Below are positions 50,525 through 63,748 of a stretch of DNA of 63,943 bases, piece by piece. This stretch comes from Octopus sinensis (taxonomy: Eukaryota), in the NCBI RefSeq assembly GCF_006345805.1, contig NC_043006.1:21824058-21888000 (forward strand), in the 5' to 3' direction. A program made the translations under genes and the position numbers. Position 1 is the stretch's first letter, and the number at the start of each line of letters is the position of its first letter. A model generated the notes under the pieces. That model worked only from the letters and a program-made list of their open reading frames with translations. It ran no database searches and was not told the DNA's origin.

Positions 50525-53500
50525 CTGAATATAGTTGCTTGCCCTGCTCTAAATAGCAGTTAAATCTTCCATCTTAAAAAGAGGATAACTATTTCATAGT
50601 ACAGTGTTAGATACACACAGATGCCTGAGAGAAAAAAAAAAAAACAGGGTGGGGTACATATACCATGTATATGTCTGCCTGGTCAATCAGAGCCAACCTG
50701 ATTCTGAAGAGCAGTAACCACAATAATCAGTGTCATAACCTGATTAAAATCAATATCATATGGTTCATTGTAAAGAAAATATTTGGAGAGGTAATTTGGC
50801 AGGCAATCATATTTAATGTGAAGCGCATCAGTTCTCAGGAGGCTGATAGATTAGTTTATAAAATAAATCATTCAGAAGTTAAATTATTAGGAGAAAGGTA
50901 TTTGCTCCCTTCTCCAAAAAAAAAAAAAAAACTTACAAAATAGAGTATGGTTGTGGTGGTGGGGGGGGGCACACGGGGGGGGGTGTATTTGCTATCATCT
51001 CTATTCATCTGTATGTGTTTACCCAAGACATTTCTATCATCATTCCCCCCCCACCCCGTCTCCAGTTATGAAGGCTGGAAACCAACAATGATGACTTTCT
51101 GACCAGTAAACTGATACACTTCCCCCTCCTCCACCTCTTCACTAACTTCCATCAAAACAAAACTATTGTAAATTTCCTAGGATATGTCTGTCAGTATCTA
51201 TGTGAATGAATTGTTATTTCAGCTGGGTGAAAAAAAAAAAGTAGAGTGCACACCTGTGTGTGTGTGCAGTGCATACCCATCTGCCTGTGTGCATGAGGGA
51301 AATAACAAAGGTGGCTGGCCTAGACACAATATAAAACCAGAAAGGAAAAAAATTTAATTGTCACTCACAGTGACTGTGGGTGCATGGTAGCACCTACAGT
51401 GCTAGAAATAAGAGTCCAAGACACTTACAACTACAAGCATGGCACAAGTCTACGTATGTACTGGCAGGTGAGTTAACTATCCCACAGTAAGCAAGGGGAC
51501 TATATTGGCTTGCCAATATAGGCGGTGAGCTAGCAGAAACGTTAGCACGCCGGGCGAAATGCTTAGCGGTATTTCGTCTGCCGTTACGTTCTGGGTTCAA
51601 ATTCCGCCGAGGTCGACTTTGCCTTTTATCCTTTCGGGGTCGATAAATAAAAGTACCAGTTTCGCACTGGGGTCGATGTAATCGACTTAATCCCTTTGTC
51701 TGTCCTTGTTTGTCCTCTCTATGTTTAGCCCCTTGTGGGCAATATAGAAATATATATTGGCAAGCCAATTCACTTGAAATTGAAGCTCATTAGTAGTAAT
51801 ACTCCATCGCTGATAGATCCAGCCTGTCACTATATAGATTTTACCATAGGAACCAGTGGTTGACTCAGCAAAATAATGGATATGTAGCAGAGACTGTTTT
51901 TGAAACAAGCTATATTATCATCATCATCTAACGTCCGCTTTCCATGCTAGCATGGGTTGGACAGTTCAACTGGGGTCTGGGAAGCCAGAAGGCTGCACAC
52001 CAGGCTCCAGTCTGATCTGGCAGTGTTTCTACAGCTGGATGCCCTTCCTAACGCCAACCATTCCGTGAGTGTAGTGGGTGCTTTTTACGTGCCACCGGCA
52101 CAGGTGCCAGACGAGGCTGGCAAACGGCCACGATCGGATGGTGCTTTTTACGTGCTACCGGCACGGAGACCAGAGCGCTGGCAACAGCCACATTCGGATG
52201 GTTCTCTTACGTGCCACCGGCACTGGTATCACAGCTACAATTTCCATTGATGTTGATCGATTTTGATTTTGATTTTCACTTGCCTCAACAGGGCTTCAGA
52301 AGTAGAGTTTTGTGTCTCAAGAAGGAAAGGTATGAAAGAAGGAAAAAAAAAAGCACCATCCGATCGTGGCCGTTCGCCAGCCTTGTCTGGCACCTGTGTC
52401 AGTGGCACATAAAAAGCACCCACTACACTCATGGAGTGGTTGGCGTTAGGAAGGGCATCCAGCCGTAGAAACACTGCCAGATCTGACTGGCCTGGTGCAT
52501 CCTTCGGGCTTCCCAGATCCCCGGTCGAACCGTCCAACCTATGCTAGCATGGAAAGCGGACGTTAAATGATGATGATGATGATATATTTCATTTTTGTAT
52601 TTGATTTGCAAGATTCTTTATGTGAATCTGTGTGTTGAAGCATATTTTATTGTGTCTGGGGAGAGTCATTCCTTTTAGTGCCCTTATTTAACACACTCAC
52701 CTATTTGATTTCCACTAATTTTTTTCCTAAAATTTTCATTGTGTCTTGCAACTTTATCAATAGTCGTTGACTGTCAATTATCAGAGCTGCATTCTTTTTG
52801 TCTGTACGCATGTGTATACACAGACATTATTAACGAGTGATGGAATATGTATGAGATGACGAGACAGAGGGAGTCTGTGGGTGATGGAAGGCAATAAAGA
52901 TGGGTAAGAGAAAGAGAGAGAGAGAGTGATGTGTGTCATTAAAGAGTGATTGGGGAGGTGGACTATGCCACTGGTATAAAGCTTTAATAAAAAGGTGGTG
53001 AGCTGGCAGAAACGTTAGCACGCCAGGCGAAATGCTCAGCCGTATTTCGTCTGCTGCTATGTTCTGAGTTCAAATTCCGCCGAGGTTGACTTTGCCTTTC
53101 ATCCTTTCGGGGTCGATAAATTAAGTACCAGTTACGCGCTGGGGTCAATGTAATCGACTTAATACCTATGTCTGTCCTTGTTTGTCCCTTCAATGTTTAG
53201 CCCCTTGTGGATAATAAAGAAATGGGTATAACGCTTTAAGCATTGAAGATCAATCTATAGTGCCATTAGAAAGAGAGAAAAGGAGAAAAGAAAAAGAAAA
53301 GGAGAAAAGAAACAAAAATATAATTCTAGCAAAGAGCCAAAATTTATCTTAATTTCTCACATTAATACTCAGCCTCCAGATTGCCTCATCCAGTAGACTA
53401 TCAAAAGATGCTCCTTGGCATGGTGTATCTGGGATTACCTTATCCAATGTATCATTTCTTTTTCATGGTGGTAAAGGGAGATTTGAAGAGAAATTAGCTG

Positions 53501-53948
53501 CTATTTCTAGCAGGTTAAGCAACCATGTTTAGGCTTTTCTATATGGGCCTACACAAGTATAGAGAGCAAGTATATAGAAGACCAGAAAGTATTTTCTGAC
53601 AATTCTTACCTTTTGTTTTTCCCCTATTTATATTCATTAGCAATGTAGATTAAATAGTTTTACCCCACCGGCAAATACCACCAGGTACTACTGACTGTTC
53701 ATCACATATTTACCTTCAACTCAGTAGCAAGCAACACAAAGGTGTTAAGTACTGAACCATTTAAGTGAGAACAGAATGTAACCAACCAGGTACATATTTT
53801 TATAAATACTATGTGAATGAAAGGTAAACCTGAAGCTCAAGAGAAATTGAAATCATGTCTGAGATAATTAGTTAAATACTATTCACCCACTGCTGCCTTA
53901 AGCATTCATTTTGGGCCTCTGCCAATAGTTGTCAGTACTTCTGAAATG

Positions 53949-53982
<34 letters not shown>

Positions 53983-53984
<2 letters not shown>

Positions 53985-54391
53985 CTCTTTAGTCTTTTAT
54001 TTGTTTCAGTCATTTGACTGCGGCCATGCTGGAGCACCTCCTTTAGTCGAGCAAATCGACCCCGGGACTTATTCTTTGTAAGCCCAGTACTTATTCTATC
54101 GGTCTCTTTTGCCGAACCGCTAGGTGACGGGGACGTAAACACACCAGCATCGGTTGTCAAGCAATGCTAGGGGGACAAACAGAGACACACAAACATATAC
54201 ACACACACACACATATATACATATATACGACAGGCTTCTTTCAGTTTCCGTCTACCAAATCCACTCACAAGGCATTGGTCGGCCCGGGGCTATAGCAGAA
54301 GACACTTGCCCAAGATGCCACGCAGTGGGACTGAACCCGGAACCATGTGGTTGGTAAGCAAGCTACTTACCACACAGCCACTCCTGCGCCT
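53983..54391 (-). mobile_element. SINE family B
   Basis: Family match. Confidence 0.92.
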
Positions 54392-54403
54392 AAAATTACC
54401 TTA

Positions 54404-54495
54404 CGCCTGCAGAGGGACTTGAACCCACGACCCTCAGATTACTTCTAAGATTGACCTATAAAAGTCTGATGCTCTACCGACTGAGCTATGCTATA
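54404..54495 (-). tRNA. tRNA-Lys(UUU) with 19-nt intron; acceptor stem damaged at the 5' end (probable pseudogene)
   Basis: Minus strand: ..GCA TA GCTC AGTCGGTA GAGC A TCAGA CTTTTA [TAGGTCAATCTTAGAAGTA] A TCTGA GGGTC GTGGG TTCAAGT CCCTC TGCAGGC G. Intron at 54440-54458; TTTT 8 nt downstream. Confidence 0.88.
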
Positions 54496-56410
54496 TTATA
54501 TATATAGTGTTTCAGTAAACATTTTTGGGGGTTTTTTTTGTTTTATTTTTTTTTGTCATCTTTTAGTTAGGAGGAAAGGCAGTGCCCATGACCCTTTAAG
54601 GGACCACCAAGAATGCAGTGAGGAAACCAGAGACATGGCCTCAATGCATGCAAAAGAGTGGGGCACTGGTAAAAGCACCTGAGGTGCCAGGTGATAGTGT
54701 TAAACCAGGCAATGGGTTAACTAACCCTTTAGCATTCACATTATTTTGTCAAAAGTAACATTTATTCACATGGTTTTGAATTAATCATGCATTTTCATGT
54801 AGCTTTAAGATTTTAATGGCAGAAACTTGAGTTTTAGAATGTTGTAGGGTTGCTGTGGGAGGCCAGAAGTCACCAGTTTGAACATAAAACAGAATATTTT
54901 GGACGGATGTGGTCAGTTTAAATGATAAAGGGTTAAGTTTGTTAAGAGTGGGACATGATGGAATTTGAACTCCTACTGCAAAGAGCAGGGGCAAAATTTT
55001 GAAAGGTACTTTTTTTCTTTTTGTTTTTGTTAAAATCAATTTGTTAAAATCAATTTGTTAAAATCAATCCTGAAAGGTTAAAAGGTCAAGTTGACCTCAG
55101 CATGATTTGAAGTCAAAGAACAAAGTCAGAACAAATTCTATGGAGTATTCTGTCCTACAATGTCATTCTAAAACTAAAAAATCACATCACTTATTTAAAA
55201 TGGTTTGAATTAATCATGCATTATCTTGTAGTTTAGAGATTTCAGTGATGTGATTTTTTTAGCTTTAGAATGACATGGTAGGGCTGAGGTGAGAGACGAG
55301 GTCTGGTCAGTTTCAATATAAAACAGGTTAAATATTTTGGCCAGATATGGCCGGTTTGAATGCTAAAGGGTTAAGTATTAGCAAAGAGAGTGAGAACAAA
55401 AATTAAATGATGCAATCTGCCACTAGAGTTTTATGGCTAGTGACACACATCACACGATTTGTTTGACTAAACAGCACAAGGCCAGACTTTATAGCAACAG
55501 GTTACGTAGTTTTGTTACATCAACAACAATGCATTACTTACTTACTACTAGCTTTTATAACAAAGAAATGACAAGCAACAATGACTGGTGAGAACACTTG
55601 AGTGGTTAAGAAGTTCACTTCTCAACTGAATAGCTTTGTCCAATTGTTTTCTACTATAGCCCCAGGCTGGTCAAGGCCTTGCGAGTGGATTTGGTTAAAG
55701 AAAAACCTTAAAAAATCTGTTATACATGTGTGTACGAGTCTGTACTTCCTCAGTACTTCACACACATGCATGCATGTTCACTGGTTGTAGCCAATAGCTT
55801 TGCTGAGAGTGTCGTTTGTTTGCAGCCCACTGCAAAAGGATGTCGAAGATACTAAACGGATCTTGACATGTTGTACAATCTTTATAACAATAGATTCAAT
55901 AATACATTGTTTCCTTGGGTGTTTACTGCTTGATAGAGTGAGAGATTATCATTTCACTTTTTAAAGTGGGATTTGGAAAACAAGAAGTGTAACCAGCGCT
56001 AGAAAATTGTGTTCCAACTACTCTTTTTTTCCTACTCTAGGCACAAGGCCCAAAATTTTTGGGAAGGGGGGGGGGGCATTCGATTAGATCGACCCCCCCG
56101 TACATAAAAACAGACAAAATATCGCTAAGCATTTCACCCGGCATGCTAAATTCCAACAATATTCTTGACTGACCAATGCAAACATGGAAAGTAGACGTTA
56201 AAATGATTATGATGATGACACCAATCTTAACATTTCCTCTATGACCAGCTTAATAGAAGAGGACAGGTATCACATTCAGCTGAATCAATCACAGTGTATT
56301 ATTGCTTGGCACTTAATTTCATCGGATTTATTAAGTGACAATCTGCCGATGTTGACTTTATAAAACAGGAATATCACTCATGCGGCAAAGTTTAGTCTAA
56401 TCCTGATGGT

Positions 56411-56639
56411 TTAACCCTTTAGCATTTAAACCGGCCATATCCGGCCAAAAGTATTCTGCCTGTTTTATGTTCAAACTGGCCATATCTGGTCTCTCACACC
56501 AGCCCTACAATGTCGTTTTAAAAATTAACAGCTACCTCATCAAAATCTCATAGCTACAAGATAATGCCTGATTAATTTAAAACAATGTGGATGAAGAAGT
56601 ATTAATTTTGGTAGAATAATGCGAACACTAAAGGGTTAA
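56411..56639. mobile_element. Complete piggyBac-like MITE (further copies at 42347-42558, 49820-49966, 54722-54936, 55150-55373 and 62757-62973)
   Basis: TTAA duplication at 56411-56414 and 56636-56639 with CCCTTTAG/CTAAAGGG termini. Confidence 0.88.
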
Positions 56640-57779
56640 TTTTACAAAATTTCAAAATTTCATAACATTCTGTAAAATAATATATTTTATAGTATTCCGT
56701 AAAATAAGCATGAGCATGCATTCACAGTGGAGCCCAGCTGGTCGTGATTAACACTTGTTCTGATTAGTAAAAATCAGTGAACCTAGTCGCCTCAACCAAT
56801 TAAAAATAAGTCTTAATTCATATACTGAAAGATGTGACTTATTTTCCCTTCCCTGTGTCTATACACACCGAGCTGAGCAAAACAGAAATTTCCTTTTTCT
56901 TCCTCTGTTCTCATTCTAAAGAATCGTAATAGAATTTGTATACATACCAAGAGATGAGTTTTCCCAACTCTTCATATACCTCATATTCTTGGCACCTTTA
57001 CTATTTACTTTGGTCAACATTATGAATAGAATTTTTAGTACTAAATGTACCTCTTCAGCAATGAAATCTAGTTTATGCTTCAATGAGACCAAACTAGTTT
57101 GATGCTCCTGTCATGCACCATCTCTCTTCAGAGTACTTTAGATATTTAGTCTGGCTAATTGCCATTTCTGTCAACACTTCTCAGCTATCTAAAGTCTACA
57201 TTAAGGATACAACTTCTTATTTCTTTATTGCCCACAAGGAGCTGAACATAGAGGGGACAAACAAGGACAGACAAAGGGATTAAGTCAATTACATCGACCT
57301 CAGTGCATAACTGGTACTTAATTTATCGACCCCGAAAGGATGAAAGGCAAAGTGGACCTCAGCGGAACTTGAACATAATGGCAGACGAAATACTGCTAAG
57401 CATTTCGCCCGCCGTGCTAACAATTCTGCCAGCTCGACGCCTTAATTTACTACTTAATTTACCTCAAAAGCAATTTCTTGTATCATATTTAGATGAGTTT
57501 TAATGCACAAGTAACTAAAGTGAACTCACTTTTGAGTTATCTTTAAAAAAAGTTCACACATGAATCTAGGTTTTGTATTCTTATGCAAAACTTGTTTGAA
57601 TAAGGGTATGGTTGCATAGCACTCTTGGCTTTCAATAAATTCTTAGCATTATAAAACTTCAGTGGTGATTAGATTGTATTGCTGAGTTATTTATTATATG
57701 CTTAGTCAGGAAGCAAATAATTAAGTTCTTCCACTTTCACCCTTCTTGTCTTGGTTTCAGTGTTAGTTCTGCACGACTG

Positions 57780-58745
57780 CTAGCGGTATGCCATTCTAGA
57801 AAAGCTTCAAAGTTGTTCAGAAGAACAAGGAGAAATGGAGAAATTTGTTGCAGCTCCAGTCCCGTTCATCTGGCCAGCAGAAGCCGAATATCACTCAAGG
57901 TGCAGATTGTTGGTCAGTGCCAGTTTCTTGGAAAATCAATTAAAGGCAGAAAGGAGAGAGTGGCAAAATTATCAAGAGAGATGACACTACTGTGGAGAGA
58001 TAAACCGAATTTTCCAATCATTTCCAAGCAAGCAATACGGTCCAAGCTCGAAAATGTGCTTCGTTTGTATGACAAATGTGCCAAGAAAGGAGAATTTGAG
58101 CCATTAGAACTGTTCAATATCACCAAAGTCTATGGTGAATGGCTCAATGCTGATGACAAAATGCTGTACTCCATCAAACTCCAAAGCAAGGGCAAAGTGG
58201 GCTATTCAACAGGCAAAGCTGCAAGCAAGCACACTATCCATCCTTCCAAGAGATGTTCTGATGCTGAAGCCACCCATTCGTTATCAAACCCAACAGCCCT
58301 GGAAACTGACAGTGACTCTGAAGAAGAGATTGACAAGTACAATTATGCTGAAGATGACAGAGTTGATTAAAATGATAGTGATAGTAAATGGCATTTATTC
58401 CTCTACAAGAAGGCACAACATATCTGCAATTTGTGTGGAACAAACGTATCTACCAACAAAGCTGAGAAAATCTGCAAACAGTTGTCAGAGGAGGGCATTG
58501 ATATCCCAGCTCCTAGTCAGTGAAGCATTTTACTAGACACTCTTCAAGAAAGCTGGTGAAACAAAGAAAAACTTGATCAATACACTAGGTCGGAAATGGA
58601 ACCCGCATTGCCATGGTAAACATATTGACAGAAATGAATATCAAGCAGTTGCCATAAAGAATGGAACAAGTGAAATCAAGCTGGCTGCTCTGAAGTTGTA
58701 TGATGGCAAGGCTGAAATCATTGCAGAAGGATTGATAAGTGTATT
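57780..58745 (+). mobile_element. Decayed DNA-transposase-like ORF (possibly Sola-type)
   Basis: LLWRDKPNFPIISKQAIRSKLENVLRLYDK and EIKLAALKLYDGKAEIIAEGL lie in broken frames; the family is recalled, not searched. Confidence 0.5.
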
Positions 58746-58834
58746 GATTTTAATTGTTGTCAAGCAAAAGCTCATAAGGATATGATACAGGACTATGAAG
58801 TTGCAAAAAAGTTGTATCCCTAGTCTATATAGAA

Positions 58835-59237
58835 TACTCTTTTACTTGTTTCAGTCATTTGACTGTGGCCATGCTGGAGCACCGCCTTTAATCGAGCAAC
58901 TCGACCCCAGGACTTATTCTTTTGTAAGCCCAGTACTTATTCTATCGGTCTCTTTTGCCGAACCGCTAAGTAACGGGGACATAAACACACCAGCATCAGT
59001 TGTCAAGCAATGCTAGGGGGACAAACACAGACACACAAACACACACACGCATATATATATATATATATATATACGATGGGCTTCTGTCAGTTTCCGTCTA
59101 CCAAATCCACTCACAAGGCTTTGGTCGGCCCGAGGCTATACTAGAAGACACTTGCCCAAGGTGCCACACAGTGGGACTGAACCCGGAACCATGTGGTTGG
59201 TAAACAAGCTACTTACCACACAGCCACTCCTGCGCCT
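58835..59237 (-). mobile_element. SINE family B
   Basis: Family match. Confidence 0.92.
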
Positions 59238-60442
59238 ATGGATAAGATTTTGAATTAATCTCCCTACAATACTGTTGCCAACTGATCATGAAGAGATGAA
59301 TGGCCATGATAACTCTCAGGATTTTAACAGAACAGAAAGAGAACAAACAAAATGAATCAAATGCCATTTAAGCTATTTCAAGGTGCTTCTATGTAGTAGC
59401 TCAAACTTCTAGAAATAGCAGGCAATCTTCCCACACCTAGACTTCGTTAAGAAGTTTGTTTCACAGCCACATTGTTTTGAATTCAATGTCACTGCATTGA
59501 ACCTTCAATGAATATCTTCAACCATATATTTTTTTTTTTCTTTACTACCCACAAAGGACTAAACATAGAGGGGACAAACAAGGACAGACAAAGAGATTGT
59601 TTAACTTCTTGCCTCCAGCGAGCCCACAGCAATATCATATCTTCTCCTCTATTTCAGTATTACGTGTTAAAGTGAAGCAAAAATATCTCTCTATTGTATG
59701 TATATGGATGTATATATATATATATATATATTACAAAATATAAAGTTATATCTTGAGATCGTTAGTGACAACAACGCTCAAAATATATAACGGACTGGAA
59801 TAGTAGTGCTCAAATGAGCTGTATACACTTTTTAATCCGAGGGGAGGCAATGCGAGCAGCAACTACAAGAGCACTACAAAATCCACAGAAAGCTCAAACA
59901 CATACATATATTCATTTATATCTACAGAACAGACATAAAGCCTGACGTTTAGAAATATATAGTAATATATAAAGATCATATAAAAATATATTGTACGCAT
60001 AAGATCCACTCGACGTTCCATAAGAAATAAAAATTGCAATAAAAGTTAGAGGTAATAATAACAATTGAATTAAATATAGTAAATATAGTAAGTAGTAATT
60101 AAAATGAAACTCAAGTATGGTAATTAAATCGTAATATAACAATTAAAAAAAAAAATAGCAATTAGTATAAAATGTATCAAGGACTTAAACTTGAATATGT
60201 GGCATTGCATGAATGGGAGAAATTAAAAGATGAAAAATTTAATTGAGTGCAGAAGTGAATTAGTCCAGATGGAGTTGTGTGCATACCATTTACTATAGCT
60301 GCTAGATTGAATTATATGCTTATATAAAGTAGCATTCAGTATCAATGAGAATTTTTGGGAGTACGTAATGTCTGGTCTTTCGCATGTAGCAGGTATGTAA
60401 TTGTGCATTTGTTTCAGTGTGCAATGTGTTGTGTGTAAAAAG

Positions 60443-60524
60443 CATCCTGACGAGGGGTGTGTCAATTTTAAATATATGATATGTTTCATATTAATTGGTG
60501 CATCTCCGAAACGGCCTGTAGATG
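60443..60524 (+). ncRNA. Type I hammerhead ribozyme motif with canonical core
   Basis: CATC (60443-46), CTGACGA (60447-53), long helix II (60454-60507), GAAA (60508-11), C, loop GGCCT, GTA (60518-20), GATG (60521-24) pairing with CATC. Confidence 0.75.
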
Positions 60525-60652
60525 AACTTATGTATTTTTGTAAATTTGTATATTTATCTTCTATGTATTTTTCTCTGGAATTTTAATTCGCCTTTTTAAT
60601 GTCATTGTATGTTTTATTACCCCAAAATTTTAATTTAACAAATTTATACCAA

Positions 60653-60692
60653 ACTAGCACTATGACCCGGCAACGCCAGGTCATAATGCTAG

Positions 60693-60693
<1 letters not shown>
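60653..60693. repeat. Isolated 41-bp palindrome matching the Helitron 3' terminus
   Basis: actagcactatgacccggcaacgccaggtcataatgctagt vs 27437-27475. Confidence 0.8.
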
Positions 60694-60729
<36 letters not shown>

Positions 60730-60763
60730 CATCATTTAACGTCCGTTCTCCATGCTAGCCTAT

Positions 60764-61313
60764 ACACACACATACATACATACATATACACACATACACA
60801 CACACATATACACACACACATATACACACACACACATACACACACACACATACACACACACACATACACACACACACACACACACACATACATACACACA
60901 CACACATACACATATACATACACACACATATATACATACACACACACATACATACACACACACATATATACATACACACACACATATATACATACACACA
61001 CACATATATACATACACACACATACATACACATATACATACATACACACACATGCATATACACACACATGCATACATACACACACATGCATACACACACA
61101 TGCATATACACACATGCATATACACACACATGCATATACACACACATGCATATACACACACACATGCATATATACACACACATGCATATATACACACACA
61201 TGCATATATACACACACATGCATATATACACACACATGCATATATACACACACATGCATATATACACACACATGCATATATACACACACATACATATACA
61301 TATATATACACAC
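60764..61313. repeat. Compound CA/TA microsatellite grading into an 18-bp minisatellite (catgcatatatacacaca)n; GT-rich array at 61720-61997
   Basis: Direct reading; HMHIYT hexapeptide periodicity in the ORF track. Confidence 0.93.
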
Positions 61314-63748
61314 ACGTCATTTTCACTGCAGCCATTGCTGGAGCACCACCTTTAGTTGAGCAAATCGATCCCTGGACTTATTCTTTGCAAGCCTAGTACT
61401 TATTTTATCAGTCACTTTTGCCATACCGCTAAGTTACAGGGACATAAACACACCAACATCAGTTGCCAAGCGATGGTGGGGCGGGGGAAAGCAAAATATA
61501 CACAAACATATATATATACGATGGGCTTCTTTCAGTTTCCGTCTACCAGATACATTCACAAGGCTTTGGTCGGCCCAAGGCCATAGTAAGGTGCTTACGC
61601 AGTGGGACTGAACCCGGAACCATATGTTTTGGAAGCAAACTTCCTACCACTCCTGCACCTGCCTTAGGGGAGATTTGTCCTACACACGTGTGTATTTATA
61701 TATACACACGCTATATATATGTGTGTGTGTAGGTGTGTGTGTAGGTGTGTGTGTAGGTGTGTGTGGGTGTGTGTGTGGGTGTGTGTGTGTGTAGGTGTGT
61801 GTGTGTAGGTGTGTGGTGTGGTGTGTGTGTGTAGGTGTGTGTGTGTGTGTAGGTGTGTGTGTGTGTGGGTGTGTGTGTAGGTGTGTGTGTAGGTGTGTGT
61901 GTGTAGGTGGTGTGTGTGTGTGTGTGTGTGTGGTGTGTGTGTGGTGTGTGTGTGTGTGGTGTGTGTGTGGTGTGTGTGTGGGTGTGTGTGTGTGTGTATT
62001 TTATTTCTAAATTTCTTATGAAACGTCGAGTGGATCTTACATATGTCAGTCAAGTGAAATTGTAACCATGGCCAATGCCAGTGCTGCAGAACCAGCCTGT
62101 TTAAAAGTACCCTTCAATCGTTGGACAATATGCTCTGCTTCAGAAGACCAGTTGAGTCAAGTGAAATCGTAGTCGTGGTCAATGCCAGTGCCGCCTGACT
62201 GGCACCCATGCCAGTGGCACGTAAAAAGCACCATTCGAGTATGGTCAATGCTAGTGCCACTTGAATGGCCCCCATGCCAGAGGCACATAAAAAGCCCCCT
62301 CTACACCCAGAGTAGTTGGCATTAGGAAGGGCATCCAGCTGTAGAAATATTGCCAGGTGAGACCGGAGCCTGGTACAGCCCCCTGGCTTGCCAGTCCTCT
62401 GTAAAACCATCCAACTTATGCCAGCATGGAAAATGGATGTTAGATGATGATATATATATATATAAATAATCAACATTGTTGTTTTAAAGTTCCCTTTAAA
62501 AAGAGAGAGAGAGAGATGCAAGATTTCTTTCAGTTTCCATCTACCAAATCTACTCACGTGTCTTTGGTCAGCTTGGGCTACAGAAGACACCCAAGTAGTC
62601 ATGCAGTGGGACTAAACCTGAATTTAAGTGGTTGGGAAGTAAACTCCTTAACCACAAAACCACACTTTGCACCTGAAGTATTCAAGTATGGAGAATTAAC
62701 AAGATGGAAAAAAAAAAAAAGAGAAAAAAAAAGCATTGAAGACAATTGCAATGTCTTTAACCCTTTAGCATTTCAACTGGCCACTTCCTGCCAAAATATT
62801 CTGTTTTATGTTCAAACTGGCTAGACCTGGTTTCCCACACCAACCCTACAATATCATTCTAAAACATTAACAGTTACCTCATCAAAATCTCTAAGATAAT
62901 GCATGATTAATTCAAAACAACGAGAGTAAATAAGCATTACTTTTAACAGAATAATGTGAATAATAAAGGGTCAATCAGGTCTACTGAATCAGGGCCAGCC
63001 CAAGGTGAAACAACTAGATTCTGTTAAATTATTTTATTCAAGTTTTCTATTTCCATCACATTATTGTTCTTTCGTAAAAGGAAACAAATCAAATAACAAT
63101 CAAATAAAGTGCTTTGACACTTTGTCCAAAGCATTTTCAGAAGTTTGTCCAAAATGTTCATGCTTATTTTTAGACTTTTAGTTAGCACTTGTTTCATAAA
63201 TTCTGAATAATATGAAACTTTCCTTTCATAAGTCCCAAGTTACTCTGATGGTTGAAAAGAAAAAAAAAATTAAGAATGTATATCATACATGAATGAATAG
63301 ATGCCAGGGAAAAACAAAAATGTTCACTAAATTGCAGGAGAGGCAAAGGGTTAAAAAAATACTTAGCTAATTAATTAATCCGAGTCTGAAAATAGAGAAG
63401 ATTAATCAACAGAGAGGTGATGAGGAGACCAAATAGATTCTTTGAGAAACATTTCTTTATTCCAAAGTGTACATGTATCTAACAACTCTATTGATAAATC
63501 AGTAATAATTACTCATTTCTAATTACATAAACACACTTAAGTTGACTGGTTATTAAATCTCTCACTACTTCTAACCAACACATTATGCCATTGGCATGCA
63601 CACACACACACACACAATTACATTGCACATTAGAATATTCTGTAAACAGTACTAGCGTATTACGTTACAAAGAGTAATTAAATCCTAGAAATCTTCTCAG
63701 TATCAGACTTCAACCTTTTCAGGCAAGTTCTCTGCTACTGTGCACCAT

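Noticed and set aside
49280-57560. Several splice-like sites tried as upstream exons of the 47400 exon (49280-49350, 50624, 53713-53829, 57525)
   Set aside because: Wrong strand or phase, early stops, or implausible peptides.
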